A stretch of 64,000 bases of DNA from Phallusia mammillata (GCA_965637545.1 OZ281497.1:19220001-19284000), one strand, 5' to 3'. Shown: positions 25,199 to 39,484, numbered from the stretch's first letter. Numbers and translations are program-made. The notes: a model not told the origin generated them from the sequence alone.

Positions 25199-26633
25199 GG
25201 TGTCAGTAAATTTAACAAAATTACATTCTTTACCCTGAAAAGTACAAGTAGTATACAAGGAAATGAGCTGGCAACAATAAACACCATGGTACTACAGTTT
25301 TAGTGGCTACACTTAGTCTGTAAAATATAACTTTTCTTACTTTTACTACTAGAGCCAGCTTTGATTCCACTATGTTTTCAATGTAAAACTTGGATTAAGC
25401 TGATGATTGGTGTAATTTTATAAACTTCTGGGGTTAGGGATATTTTTGATGGGGTGAGGATTGTCTGTTATTTAGCTTTTTTGATTGATGATTTTTTGTC
25501 AGAGTTAGAGGAGTTGTCTCAGTTAGGACCTATGATCTGCAAGCTGAAATTCGGCGTACCAAGCAATTTTAGTCGACTTGCAGCCCACAAACATCACAGT
25601 GATCACACTAATGTTGTGCAGTTAATATTCACATTTTATTTTTTTATTATAAAATGTTAATATTTTTTATTGGAGTTAGTATGTAGCTTAGTGGCTAAAT
25701 AAAAAGTACAAGAACCACTGTTATGTTGCCATTTACCATTAAGTTATCTAAGGTAATATCAATTTGTAGGTTTACCACAATACACAAATTGGAACATCTG
25801 TTACACTTCACAGCACCCAGTATACAGGGCATGAAATCAATAAATTACTATGACATGCAGTATGCTTATACAGTGGTAATTTTAGTTTTTGCCCAAAAAT
25901 TCTGACAAACTGATAAAACAAATCAGAAACACTTGAGTACAGGAATTTACCTCTTATGGGACGTTATCTAAATCTAGTTGAAAAACCAAATTAACCTAGA
26001 AATTGCAGCTAATACACTGGATGCACCTGCAGAATATTTAACTGTAGTATAACATACATAAGTTTCTTAAATTTCATTTTGACCTGTTTGCAGTGCTTCA
26101 CAAAAGTTTTTAGTGATGACTTTAAACAACAAATCCCAGCAGAGCAAGGGAGATTTCCAAAACTTATTTTACGCTTGCTCTCCTATCTCTAATATTACCA
26201 AATGGGTCAACTTTGGCAAATATCTTTTTCATTCTGCAATCTCCTACTTTACCATTACAAATTCTATTATATTTACCAGTCTGATAATTTGTTCCGATTT
26301 TGACGATGATCGGACATAAAAAACATTGATCTGCTAAGAACACTTTGATGCATTAAGATTTTATTTTCTCAACATTAAACTGCACATATGTACAATGACG
26401 TGTGAAAACAAACTCAATCGCGTAACATCGCGCTGCAGAGGCCTATGTACAGTTTTACCTTGTAAGTCTACTGGAACTGATTGCTTGTGAAAGATTGTTT
26501 AGTTCCAAATTAGGTGGTTTTCAAACATTGATTGCGTTTACCGGGTACATTACGTCAGAAAAAAAAAACGGTTTCAAACAGTGCGTATGGTACTATGAGT
26601 CAATATTACCAAAAGGCATATTTACAGAAAAGC

Positions 26634-29600
26634 CTAAACTGCAGTTGGTATTGGCAGGATACCTTGCAGTTTTTGCCGTACCCTCTCGAGGTAAACGTCT
26701 TTCGTTGTGGCGTGGTTTAACCAAACATTCGCAGATTGAATATTGTCGACTGCTTTTTTGAAGCATTCTAATGTGAGTTTTCTGTCGCCAAGCTCGTTGT
26801 ACACATCGCCAACGCAATCGTAAACGATTCCAGAAAGCGCGCGGGAGTCTTGAATAGTGGAACATTCGTCGGTAATCTGAAGACAGGCATCAGCAGCTTG
26901 TCTTGTTTTAGCTTCGTCGCGTGTAGACTTGCAAACGTGCATGACACTTTTTAGCATGTTGTGGCACGACGCGAGCTTGGTCTGGTTCGCAGCAATATCT
27001 CTGCAGTTGAGCTTCTCCAGAACATTGATCATCAGGGGAAGGACTTCATCCCGAACGTCGTCGTCAAGAAATTCTTTCAGCATGGAATCGGCTAAGTTTC
27101 GGCAAATGGAAGACATACTTCCCACCCAAAACAATCGCGCCGAACTCGCCATCGACAAGAATTCGTAGAGTTTTTTCGACCAAGTAAGAAACTCCACAGC
27201 CATTGGATAGAAGGACCGACCTTGTAAGATTTTTGCGATGCTGATACACTTTATCGTCAAGGGGAATTGGTTTCTAGAAGGCAAGCCTGCTCTTAATTTT
27301 CTGGAAAGATCTTTGCAACAGTCGGTCAGTGGGCCATCTCCCTTTCCCTGTCTATTCAGTTCTTCTATTTTTTCGCACAAATTGATCAGCATATCTTGAA
27401 AAATGTAAAATTAGTTTAAAGAACGTTTTCAAACTTTACATGTTTTTGTAAAGGTAAATAACAATAAGATATGAAAAATATCAAACAATAGGCTAGAATT
27501 AACTTCATTAAATCTGGGTAACAAATTACTTCTCACATTGTTTGATTCATTTACAACGGTGTAAGAATATTAAAAGATGATATCACGAACCAATTGCCTT
27601 TACCCCAACTGCGCGGGTAGAAAAATAAAGCCTACCTAAATGAGCTGCCGGATCCTTAGATGGAGACGGTCCTGGTGAAAATTGCGTAACTGAAGTGCTA
27701 GGTGCTGGTGATTCGAATACAGAAGAATCTGCGTTCAAAAAGGGCATGTTTTAAACTGCTCGATAAATTGTGTCTTTTAGTTTTTTACTTTATTTTTAGA
27801 TTGTAAAACATGGTTAATTGATTTTAAAAAATGAAGAATTAAGTTAAAAATAACCGTGAATAACCGTGTTGGGTATGGAACATTTCTTTTTAAAAAAGAA
27901 AAACTTAACTTTAAAAACATACCAACTTCATTAATAGGTGACAGGTCTTGCTGTAATGTTTCACCGTGTGAGCGTTGAAGGCGAAGTTCTTGACAAATAA
28001 AAGTATTTTTCTTTTTGTGTTTATTGAAGCCAATATTACACGCATGTAGTTCGTTAATTGCACGAAAACTTCTACACAAAAATCAAAATACCTTGGTGAT
28101 TGTAGTTTGCCAGTTCCATAAACGGGGATGCAATGTTATGCAGACCAACCCTTGAAGCGTTAGGTAAAGGCAAACTTTGTTTTCGAGATTGCTGCTTGAA
28201 TTTCATGAGTTTTTTGAACTCGAAATGCAAGCGAGCCCCATTGCAAGTTTTCAAAACGCTTTCAGCTTGTTGCAAAACTAAACAAAACAATGGAAATGTT
28301 ATGAGAAAATATACGAAAACCTCACATCAGGCAAGTGTGCTTAATAACGGTAGATGAAGCATTGGCGGCTATTGGAAAGAAAAAAATTAGTTCATAACCC
28401 TAAAACTGAGTTCTTACCTTATCCCTGGTGCCTTAAGTTGTGTGAACTCACCCATAACATTAGGATCTATCTAAAGATCCTTTGACGTCACAATTCGTCT
28501 CGTTTTGAACATCACGCCATATATTTGAACGGAAGTATAACCTACTGTTTTGGTGTAGCGGTGTTTTTGTGCACAAAAACACGCCTGTAGTCCTTGCTAT
28601 GTCATTTTCATTTTTGCAACACAAGATAGCACTGTTGCGCATGGGTGCATGTGCGACTGGTTGTGAACCTTGGCTGCTAGTTCAATAACCCTATTTACGC
28701 TTAGCAAACTTTGTTTAAATGACTTCTTAAGTTAGTTATTCGACTAATTTTATGACAACCGTGTTGTGAAAATCTTCTTTTCGAAAAAATATCTGAAGTG
28801 TAAAATACGTGTTTAATTAGAAGATCGTTTGGCCATGGCTCTAAAAGGAGTGAAGAACTTAGAAAAACGGTGGCGTTTATGTTTGACTTACGGTTGGCAC
28901 TGGTTGGCCTGTTTCGTGGTTCCGCATCCCAGCACTGGACCATTGTCGATTTTAAGAACTTGAAAACATTTTGAAAGTGCTGCACTTCGGGTTTGTCCTT
29001 CTCCTGTTGGAAAATCTTGATGCTCGGACGCAGATCGCCTCTAAGCATGTTCACGTAAAGTGGCTGTTCCCTGGCGCCTTCGTATACAGGCTGCCTCGTC
29101 ACAATCTCGAAAATTATCATGGAGAAACTGCACAATAAAAAGAAAAACTGACGTAAGGGAAAAATGTATTGCATAGTTTAAAGGTCATTGAGAACACTGT
29201 TGTGGCGTTTATTTATGATTAGTTTTGCATATAATCTTGTGCGAAAATATGTATTTACCATTCTTAAAATACATTTATGCACATAAACAATGTCGTAACA
29301 CATACCTGTACATGTCCATCGCAGCGGTCCTGGCTGATCCATCGGTTTTGCGTAGAAATTCCGGCGCAACGTAGCGAAGTGTGTATTGGCTGGAACAGGT
29401 GATTGACACTGAACCCTCATGCCTCCCGTTTGCGTCCTGAATATTCGCCGATCCAAGGTCAGCGATTTTGATCACAAGGTCGTCAGTAAGAAGTATGTTG
29501 GTCGGTTTCAGGTCTCCGTGGCAAATCACAGTGCCAGTTGCGAAATTGTGCAAATACGCCAAACCCGCTGCTAGCTGCTTTACGAAGCATACACCGATGT

Positions 29601-30428
29601 CAAGCGAGATGTTTTCCATTTTGTCGGAATGCAGAAAATCGTGCAGCGATCCGCCGTTGATGTATTCCATTACTATTGCGATGCTTCCAGTCCAACGGGT
29701 TATCCCAATTATTTTGACGATATTTTCGTGGTACAACTTGCTCAGAATGTTTGCTTCCCTTGAAACACTATTGCAGTACAAACTTAGGTTTAATATTTTT
29801 ATTTTTATTTTATGTAAGTTATATTGACTTTGAAAATATAACTACTTGCAATTAGTGCATAAGCCTTGGCTGGGAATAACTTACAATAAAAATGGTACAC
29901 GATTGGTTATCCATTATCGCCTGCTGTTATGTAGTATTTTCATTTTTTTTAAATATTCAAAAATTCAAAATATTTGCGTCACAAAACGCCATACACGTGT
30001 CTGCTGAAATTTATTAATAAATTGCAAGCGCAAAAAATACAGGCTTTAATATGTAAAAGTGGCTAGTGCTTATACTAGCAACAGCTATATAAATCAGCTA
30101 TGGTTGCGGAAATGCACATCTTTTTAGTTTACACACATATTTGGACAAGTACATTTCTTTAGAAAAATGAACGTAACATTTACAGCTTTATTCAAATTTA
30201 CAAACAAAGCTACCAGTGTATCGACGAGACTTACTTTTTAAGCACCTTTTCCTTCTGGTCTTGGTTATTGGACAAAGCGTAGCATTTCGCAACCACAGTG
30301 TCGTAAACGTCATGGTAACAACGCCGCACGTGACCGTAAGAACCGCAGCCGAGGTAGTCGTAGGTGTCAGGACTGGTGTGAAGGTCTTCAGGCGACAACT
30401 GGGAAATTCTCCGCGAGAAAGCTGTGTG
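26634..30428 (-). CDS. RIPK1-like non-RD Ser/Thr kinase with C-terminal TPR-like helical domain, copy A (5' end unresolved)
   Basis: Exons ~30428-30235, 29758-29306, 29127-28892, 28277-28092, 27728-27636, 27394-26634, in phase. Motifs: YLGCGSYGHV, VVAKCY, EANILSKLYHENIVKIIG, MEYINGGSL, ICHGDLKPTNILL, KIADLG, YVAPE, MVQCWDAEPRNRP. TPR-like end: YDCVGDVYNELGDRKLTLECFKKAVDN. Confidence 0.88.
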
Positions 30429-33264
30429 CTATATAAACGTATTAATTCAAAACGTGCGAAATTCAGTGCAAAATATGCAAAACTGTAGCAACTTGGGCAA
30501 CAAGTAAACATGCATAGCCGACATGCTACACTAATTGCTAAACTGTATAAAATATACAAGTCTTAAAAGTTGCAACCGTCCGAACCCGAAGTTTTCTTTA
30601 GAAAGCTTGAATTAAGCCCAAAAGTTCGGTTTACCAACTTGAATTACGACACAAATTTGCATTTAGCCTCAGTCAAGCCGGTGCTATCAATTAGACCCGA
30701 GCCTGAACTCAAACCCGAACCCGAAAATCCCGACCCAACTTACAACTCGCCTAAAACACATACCACATTCATTAATACCTTTCTAACATTAATCAATACG
30801 TACCTTTTTGAGGTGGCAATGAGCCCTCGTGATATTTGCACTCATTCTTGTTTTGTTTTCATCAGCAATCGCGTCCTGTCAAGAAAAACGGTCACAACAC
30901 AGTTAGTGGCTTTTTGACCAATTTTAAATTAGGTGCCAAGCTATAATTAAAGACGTAGTTTATAGGTTCAAGTGTTAATGAAAACGTAAGTATAAGCGAT
31001 TCTAATGTTTCAGTGGTCGGCCTATGTCCTTGGATTCTCAGTTACGCAACTATATAGCTTACCTGTTAACTGCTACAGTTTCATGTTGTTCCAATTCATG
31101 GTAGGTGTATTTCCATGACAACATTTAACAACAATATTTTTTGCGATCACTATCAAAAAGCAATTCGTCATTTAACGTTTCTATAAACTGATTAACTGAC
31201 CAAGTTACTTTATCAGAATGACAGTCTCGCACAGCAGACCAGCAAACGTAAATTATTAACTTTTTGCAAAGATGGATTTTCCCCTATGGGTGGTTAAACC
31301 CTTGGGTGATTTACCACCCTTTTCCCCATGGGTGGTTAAACCACTAGCCATGTCAGCAACAAGACGCACAGTAGAGATAAAATTTGGGATCGGTTTGCTA
31401 TGAAAGCAATACAGCTATAAAAACACTCTGCACCTTTTGCACACAATTTAAGATAGTCTTGGGCGGTAGAAAACGGGTTAAGCTTGTCTTGCATATTCTG
31501 ATTTTAAACATAACCTACGCTGAACAAAATACCCTGTTTATTTTCGGCTACTAACAAGCAAAAGATAACCTTTTGGGATAACCCGCGAAGATAACTCACA
31601 TCTTTTTAAATCAGTTTTTAGTTCCATTCAGAAAATGTAACACGTCAACATCTTCCATGCAACCTGTAATCGTACTGCCTTATGAAAAGGTTACAATAAA
31701 TCCCACAGGCCACTTGACTGCAGGGAATTCACGCGTCGTTCTTAAATCAGCCAAGCGAACACGTTTTGGATTCGGAGGTTTAGTAATCAACCGAGCGTTT
31801 TCTTCCGTTTACTGCAACAAGTTTCACATGGAAAGTGCTCGAATATTCTGTTTTGCGATTTTGAATAAAAACATAACATGCTAAATCGTTGCAAATGTCA
31901 CGTAACCTGGAAATTACATGCAGTTTAAAATGAACTGTTATCAGTTGTTGTAATACATAGGTTCTGTTTTGTTCTAAGAATGCCAGCTTTGGCTTAAAAC
32001 TACGTTGCATACACTTAAAGAGGCGATTTCTTGTTGAATGCACACGAGCGACGTAACTGCGCGGTGAACAAAACTTGTTAGACGACCTTACTACTGCTCA
32101 TTCAAAACGAACATCGCCAAATTTCGGATAAAAACGCTGGTCAAATCGTTTTCCACGTTCAATTTAGCCTGTCAAATATTTAAGCACTTGTAACGTAAAT
32201 GACCTAATATTCGCACTGACGTCATGAGTAAGAGCGGACGTGACTAGTAAGTTTAACCAGTAACCAACGGTTGGACTATTGCTGTTAGCACAATCAGGAA
32301 GTGCAAGTCGCAAGGACACGCATACCATTTCCTGCACGCTGTGCCCGATGTAATTTCTTTTCAGCTTGCGGATGATTTAACAGGTTTGCACAGAATTGTC
32401 GTAAACCTGACTCAACAGATTTTTGCTAAACCTTTTACGATTTTACTGTTTAAACTACAGGCTACCCAATCTTTCTGAAAGAAAATAAGGGCCAATAACA
32501 GCAAAAAACTTACCTAAACCTACAGTTATCGAAACTACACAACTCTTGGGTTGCTGACGCAAACATGGAACGAAACTGTACACATTCCTGCATGAATTAA
32601 AAATAGAACGAAACTACAGACATTCCAACGCAGTTATAAGCCTAAAACTCGAAAGGCATTTAACTGCCTAAAGGGATGCGTTCAAACCACTATGATGATC
32701 AAAAAGATATCAATATGCCCCTTTAACTGTTAGCAGACAACACGATCTTCGACACGTTTTTAAATAGATGAATACATCCAGTAGATGTAAAGACAGATAA
32801 TATTTATTTTGCCTCAAAGCGGCATCGTCAGTTCCTGTAAAATCACAAAGTTAAACACCATGAGAATAAAACCACATTACGCTGTTGCCTAAAACGTTCA
32901 AACAAAGCAAAGAACTCAGTGGATTTTACAGCTCTGTCTGTTAAAGCTGGTCTGGCGCATAAAATCACATTGACCCGCCAAAATATCTTGCGTTATAAAA
33001 AACGACCACGAAGGCGTCCCAAAGCTAGAGGTATTTTCAGTTATTTAATGCTGATGGGTACATTTCACAATAATGCATCGCTGATCAGTTATTAAACACA
33101 AATGGAAACGCTATTAAGTGCTTGCAAGGTGCCCCCAAAACGACCAATGGTCTTGCATTTTTTTACAATTACGGATATTTCAAGCCGAAGATTTCAAATT
33201 TGGACAAGCACGAAAAGTCAAAGACGTCGTTTAAGTGCAGAACAGTTTGCACCTTACATAAAGC

Positions 33265-36200
33265 TTACAGATGAATAACACTGCTGGTGTGTACAGTGTC
33301 TTCGGTTTCTGGCTCAAACACCTCATCGCCAAGATCCAAATTTTCTATTTTGTCTTGGATCGACGCAATATACTGGTCCTGGTTTTTGGCTGTGTTTGTC
33401 CAGCTGGGCGATGATATGAGGTTGTCCATTGCCTGGCGGTACATGGCAAGCGCTTGTGGGTTATTTTTAAGCTTAAAATACACGTCTCCGATGCAGTCAC
33501 AAAACTGACCTCGCTGAATCTTGTTGGGCTTGACGGGAGACGACATGGTGGTCAGAAGTGTACTCTGGCATATTTTCGCAGCTTCTTTAGCGTGGGTGTA
33601 ATCGTGAATGGAATTACAGACGTGTATAAAGTGTTTCAGTATATTGTGGCACGTGTTGATTTTTTCCGCAGGGTCGATCGTGCCGTTTCTCACTTCGTAC
33701 AACGCACCAACCAACAAGGGTAGTATGTTGTCTCTCACATCGTCGTCCTGAAACTCCTTTCCCATATCGTCAGCGAGATTTCGGCAAGTTGCAGACATCT
33801 TACCGAGGCAGTATTGCTGCTCATTGCTGCCGACTCTCAGCAGTTTGTAAAGGTTAGCGGAGATTTTCAAAAACTCGATGGACAATGAAAACATAGAACG
33901 TGACTTGAGCGAACTCGCGATCTCAATACATTTTATCATAAGAGGAAACTGGTTTCGGGTTGGCAACTTATTCTTCATGCGTTCCAGAATGTTTGTGCAT
34001 TTCCTGTCAACAGTTTCATCATCGACGTTTGCATTGACCATCTCAATAACTTTATCACACGACTTGGTCAGGTGATCAACGAAGCTGCATCCTTTAAAAC
34101 ACAAATAAGAATAAAGCACAAAGATTTTGCGTATGAGGTGAAGCTTAGCTTGATTTCGTGGTACGGTTTAAAACCTTCTCCAACAATTAAGCTCCAAACA
34201 GTTACAAACACAAAACCATGACAAGTGCAAATGCAAATTATTACATACCTTTTTGCAGCGAAGTTGGTTGACGATCTTCTTTGACTGTCGAACTGCCAGG
34301 AACTTGAGTTGATACAGGTAAACGAGGCTTTTCGGTTGACGCAGTAAGAACATCATCTTTATGTGGCGATTCTGTTACTTTCGCCCCAATGAAGTCGCGA
34401 TCGAAATGCGTCAAATCAACAGTAGCGTCATTCGGTAGGTAGGGAAGCGGCTTGCGTCCCAACCGTTTGGACAGCAACTTCCATTCGTGATGTATTTCAA
34501 GACCGTTGCATAACTTTAGATGATCCGTGGCCTGTTTACAAACTGGAAAGAGCGATTATTTAACGACTGTACGTGAATGCCGTAACAATCCCAACGTTAG
34601 TGTTTTCACACACAATAAACACAGATAAGAAATAAAAAACGCGTTTAGTAATCCGGATGAAAAACACGCGTAATTTTAACCATTTAGTAAAAACAATCAG
34701 TCTGCCCAGACGGAACAGGGGGACTAATCATTTGCTGCAATTTTAACTACCACTTTTAATTAAGTAGTTTTAGTGATTCAAAAATGACCTTCTTGTGTGC
34801 GGTCCTTATAAAAACGTTTAGGTTATTTGAAAGTGCAGCCGGAAAAAAATCATCGTACAATATATAGAGACCTACTTTCCTTGCTTGTAGGTCGTTTTTG
34901 AGGATTACAGTCCCAACACTGGGTCATGGTGTGTTTGAGAAACCCCAAAAGGGTTTGATTGTCATGTTGTTTTTCTATTTCATCCAATACATGGATGTCG
35001 GGACGAAGCTTTCCCTCCAGCAAGTTTGTGTAAAGTGGAAGTTGACGGGCACCATGATACACAGGCTTCCTCGTGAATATTTCGTAAATGATCATCGACA
35101 GACTGCACAGATAATAAGTACAAGGGTGGTTTTTAAAATTCTACAAACCAATACTTAAATGAGATTTGTCAAGGATGCTATTGCCATTTGAAATAGTTTT
35201 AATCCATGCAAGCTTGTACAACCAATAAAAATCGTGAAAGAGGGTTATGACAGGACGTATATAAAAGCTGTGTTTAAAAAACTGTTAAATCAAATATAAT
35301 CTTAAACTGGTGCAAGGAAGTTGAACTTTTGCACACGTAAATTTCGGTTCCTTTTATATGTGCGACCCCATAAGCTTTTACCCCAACATGCAAAACCTTG
35401 CGGGTCCTGGAAAAATTACCCTTTTGCTCATGTGGCTTACCATAGGATCTCCCACGCACTGTATAGTCTCGTGAGCTTTGTTCCTGGTGCAAAAGGTTAA
35501 GACAACCGATACTAGGTATACGTTGGTCATGCCGCAAACAATCAGGGTCGGGATATCGAAAGCTTTAAGCGTTTTAGCTAGTGGTTTCACTCAGTGGGAT
35601 ATTATGTACATGCAAAGCGAAATTGTTTATGTCATTGGTGCCTAAATTGTGATTTCAAGTTTTACTATATTCGCTTAAGTGATGAATCTGATTAATTAGT
35701 CACAATGTTAACTATTTTCAATCATATAAAGGCAATTATTTATGACGTAAGACACAAAACATCATCATAAAAATGACAGAGGTAAGCTCGAAAAACTAGG
35801 CATTTGTGATTGACTATAGCTGGAAACTACAACAATTTGTTAGTCATAATCCGCCATAAAATTAGTTAGTCATAAACCCCCTATTATGCCAATATTTTGC
35901 CACAACGTTCAACATTGCGCAGATATTTCCGGGTTGGTGATCGTCCAGTGTGTTATGCTTTGCGTCCTTCCAAGCAAAATCAACTCAACTGAATTCTAAG
36001 TTTCTCCAAAACGGAACTTAAAGCCGTAACAGCGCAAACAACAGGGCGTCAACAACTTTATTGTTTTAACTAAACTTTACTATTAGGTTAATTCTGCATA
36101 CGTATAAAGTTATGTCTTACAAACCTGTATATATCCATAGAAGGAAACCTTGGTCCGTACACGTGTTTCAGAAACTCGGGAGCGACGTGACTAAGCGTGT

Positions 36201-37808
36201 ATTGGCTGGATTCTTGAATCTTGACAGACTTAAACATCACCGAACCTCCTCTGTTTCCTTCTGCGTCGTGAACGTTGGTGGAGCCGAAGTCAGCAAGTTT
36301 CACGACAAATGCCAAAGTCAACAAAACGTTGGACGGCTTAAGATCGCCGTGGCACAGCACAATGTCTTCCTTGTAGCTGTGCAGGTAATCTAGTCCTGAG
36401 GTCAACTGCTGAACGATGCAAAGGCCTAGTTCCAACGACATTTTCGGAATCTTTTCGGAGAAGAGAAATTCGTGCAGTGAGCCACCATCGATGTACTCCA
36501 TAATGATGGCGACATTGTTTTTCCAACTAGTTATTCCGATTATTTTGACAATGTTTTCGTGATACAACCTGCTGAGAATGTTTGCTTCTCTGGAGACACT
36601 AAAGGGCAAATTTAAAGCAATTGGACGTTGCTCTACAAACAGAATCGGTTAAGGCAGGGGCGGGCAACATACGGCCCGCGGGCCGGATCCGGCCCGCGAC
36701 GGGATTGTGAACGGCCCGCAGACAGTTTCTGGTATTACATGATATAACGTGGCCCGCGGCCACAGTCTGCCGAATCCCCCACTACTTGCTTACTACGTCA
36801 AATTATAGTTGTAACAAACAGTAACGCTCCCCAATAACAAAAAAACTTTCCCGCCGTTGTTACCATTGCACCATACATCCATTGTTACGACATAACTGCC
36901 AACCTTGCGTGTGGCCTGCTTTCACGGTTTCCTTTGTTTCCCCACGTGTAGTGTGGTTAGTGTTTCAGCAGTATCTGAGTCTGTGGTGTATGCATTAAAT
37001 TGGCTGTGATGAATAATTTTGTTTGGACTGTATTGTAATTGCGACGTTCTTGATTGTATTTAATTTAGGTGGTCAAAAATCCGTTTTAAATCACTGGATA
37101 AATACGCGATTAATGTATCGATTCACGAATCCGGCCCGCCAAGTACTTCATTTTCCCATATCAGGCCCGCCGACTGGAGAAGTTGCCCGCCCCTGGGTTA
37201 AGGTATACGAAAACCATTAGATTTTAGATCATAAACAAATTTGGCACAAAATAATGTAACTTCGAGTAGAAATATTTTTTAAACAATATTGCAACTGTTG
37301 TGTTTATTTTTTGTATTGTTCGCTCGAAAGGTAAAATAGAATGATTAACGATTAAACGAAACAAGCTTTTACAGCTTGGATATAATTGCCAATTTACATA
37401 CCACGCAGGAGTAAGCAATCACTACAGGCAAGCAGTAACAACGCTGCACACTTGAAAAATCACGTGACCGTGAAATACAAGTAAGCGATTCACTGCCTCC
37501 AGAAATGTTCACAAAGCGTAACAACAACAGTAACAATGGCTATTATGAAAAATTCCTTACTTTTTTAGAACGTTGGCTTGTTGATTTTCATCTCCACTGA
37601 TGTGGTAACACTTGGCAACAACAGTATCGTAGAGTCTGTGATGGCAGCGACGAACATGGCCGAATGCACCACAGCCGAGATAATCGGTTTCATGGGATGT
37701 TGTCTTGAAACTGCTGGCTTCCAGTCGAAACAAATTATTTGAAAAGGCTCGAATTCTTGTCTGTAATGATTGCAAATAAAGGTTTGTTTCATTTGCAACT
37801 ATCTCCAT
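33265..37808 (-). CDS. RIPK1-like non-RD Ser/Thr kinase with C-terminal TPR-like helical domain, copy B
   Basis: Exons 37808-37561 (start uncertain), 36589-36125, 35102-34876, 34542-34249, 34091-33265, in phase. Motifs: YLGCGAFGHV, VVAKCY, LCHGDLKPSNVLL, KLADFG, HVAPE, MTQCWDCNPQKRP. The C-terminal domain is clearly paralogous to copy A. Confidence 0.9.
36655..37195. mobile_element. hAT (Buster/Charlie-like) MITE in intron 1 of kinase copy B
   Basis: TIRs CAGGGGCGGGCAAC and GTTGCCCGCCCCTG, GGCCCGC subterminal repeats, exact TSD GGTTAAGG. Confidence 0.9.
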
Positions 37809-39484
37809 AAATCTACGAGTATTGCTTAATGATCTACCCAGTGGATCTTTAGATTTGTTTGTTTCAACTTTTCTAAGGGCAGCCCGCAATGTTTGTTATT
37901 TAGTCCTCTCTGTCAGTTAAGACTGAAAAAATACCTCTTGTTTTTGTTTGTTGTCCATCGATCGAAAGGCATCCGTCAAACTAGGTTCCAGTCTCTTCAA
38001 AAGCCTTAATTTGGCATCTAGCCTACATACAGTTGAAATCGTACCAGCACTGTGATCCTAAACCGTTTAGCCACATACCACTTTTCTAAAAATATGGACT
38101 ATCATTCCCCGAGCAAAACAAAAGTCGCGTTGTTATAACAGCCGCTTAACACTGGAACTACAAGGCGACCTAAAACATAAAACAACCTATTGGCTTTGAT
38201 TACTTTACCGCAAGCATGCCAAATAGACGTTTCGCTGTGGCAAATCATTAACCAGTTTAATGTTTAATGTTAAGACCAACTAGTTCAACACATAAAATGA
38301 ACCAGTTTGGTCCAAAACTGTGGCACACGGGCCGTACTTTGATATGATTTGGGTCTCACGACCAAATTCAATTAGAACAGCAAATTCAGTCCTTAAATGC
38401 TAAAGAGTCTCCTTTTGTGGCCTACGAAAGACTTACCAAAACCTATAATGTGGCCCCAAACCTTTAAACGAAGCTTGTTCTCTCTTTATAATACAGTGGT
38501 ACCTAATAGACTTGTAGGGTTAACAACTTAAACAGTAACATTGTATGTGTAACATCACGATTTTTTTAGCTTTCTATACGTTGATTTAATCTCGATATTA
38601 TTAAGCTTGTGGCTTGCGCAATTTTAAGCAGCTAAATATCATTGACTAGGGCTAGCCGCTAGGAAATCCAATACCTTTTCTAACGGGACTTTAGTAAACT
38701 TAATACAAATATGCTGGAAAGGGCCTCACCAGTCCATTCAGCCTATTCACAAGTAAACGAACGTAGAATTTGAAGTTCCGCTTGACGGTTTTGAAAGCTG
38801 GCTTTAGCTGGCAGCTCGCATGACTTCATTCAGTTCGTGTGTAGGTGTCTATTCTGGAAATTTTTCTACCATAATCTCCGCTTGTCGTTTAAATTTTAGG
38901 TGCCCCATTTTAAGCAGTCTACCATGCATGCATACTGCAGTACCAGATATGTCAGCAGGTTCAAAGTTTTGGCCTGAGACGGACTTCACCACGCCGTTCA
39001 AGTGACTTGTCCCAAAACTATACTCGCCTTTTGTCGAATACATTTCATTTGCGGACTCTATGCCTGTTTCCATCAGTATAGCCTAAGTATCCTGATATAT
39101 GAGATTTTGATCACAGATCTTCATAATGATGGGAAGCCCATAATTAATTTATCATCAAGTCTATCTCCCTTATTGGCTTATTGCTACCAGATTCAACGCT
39201 AGGTCGTTTTTTGTTTGCATTTTTACTAAATACCAGCAAACGATATAGTTTTCTCACTATACATGTATGACTTATCGCTCTGATGCGTCCCTTGGATGGA
39301 ATGGATGTTTGAAGTACGAAACCAGTGCAGTGAATGAAAATTGTTTGTGATCATATTATTTTGTAAAAAAATGTGGTTGAGCTACTAGCTCCATATACGG
39401 CTGACCCACATTTAGCTAAATTTCGATAAGTGGCGCAAAGAGCTAAATTATTTATTTAGCAGCTGAAGAGGGGTAGGGTTAGGA

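Noticed and set aside
35274-35590. Intronic ORFs resembling isochorismatase (TLIVCGMTNV) or Tc1/IS630 transposase (GRSYG...GV) fragments
   Set aside because: Two incompatible weak resemblances in different frames with catalytic residues absent; cannot be supported without a profile search.
38849-39073. 74-aa minus-strand ORF upstream of kinase B
   Set aside because: No recognisable domain and no convincing in-phase splice link to the kinase.
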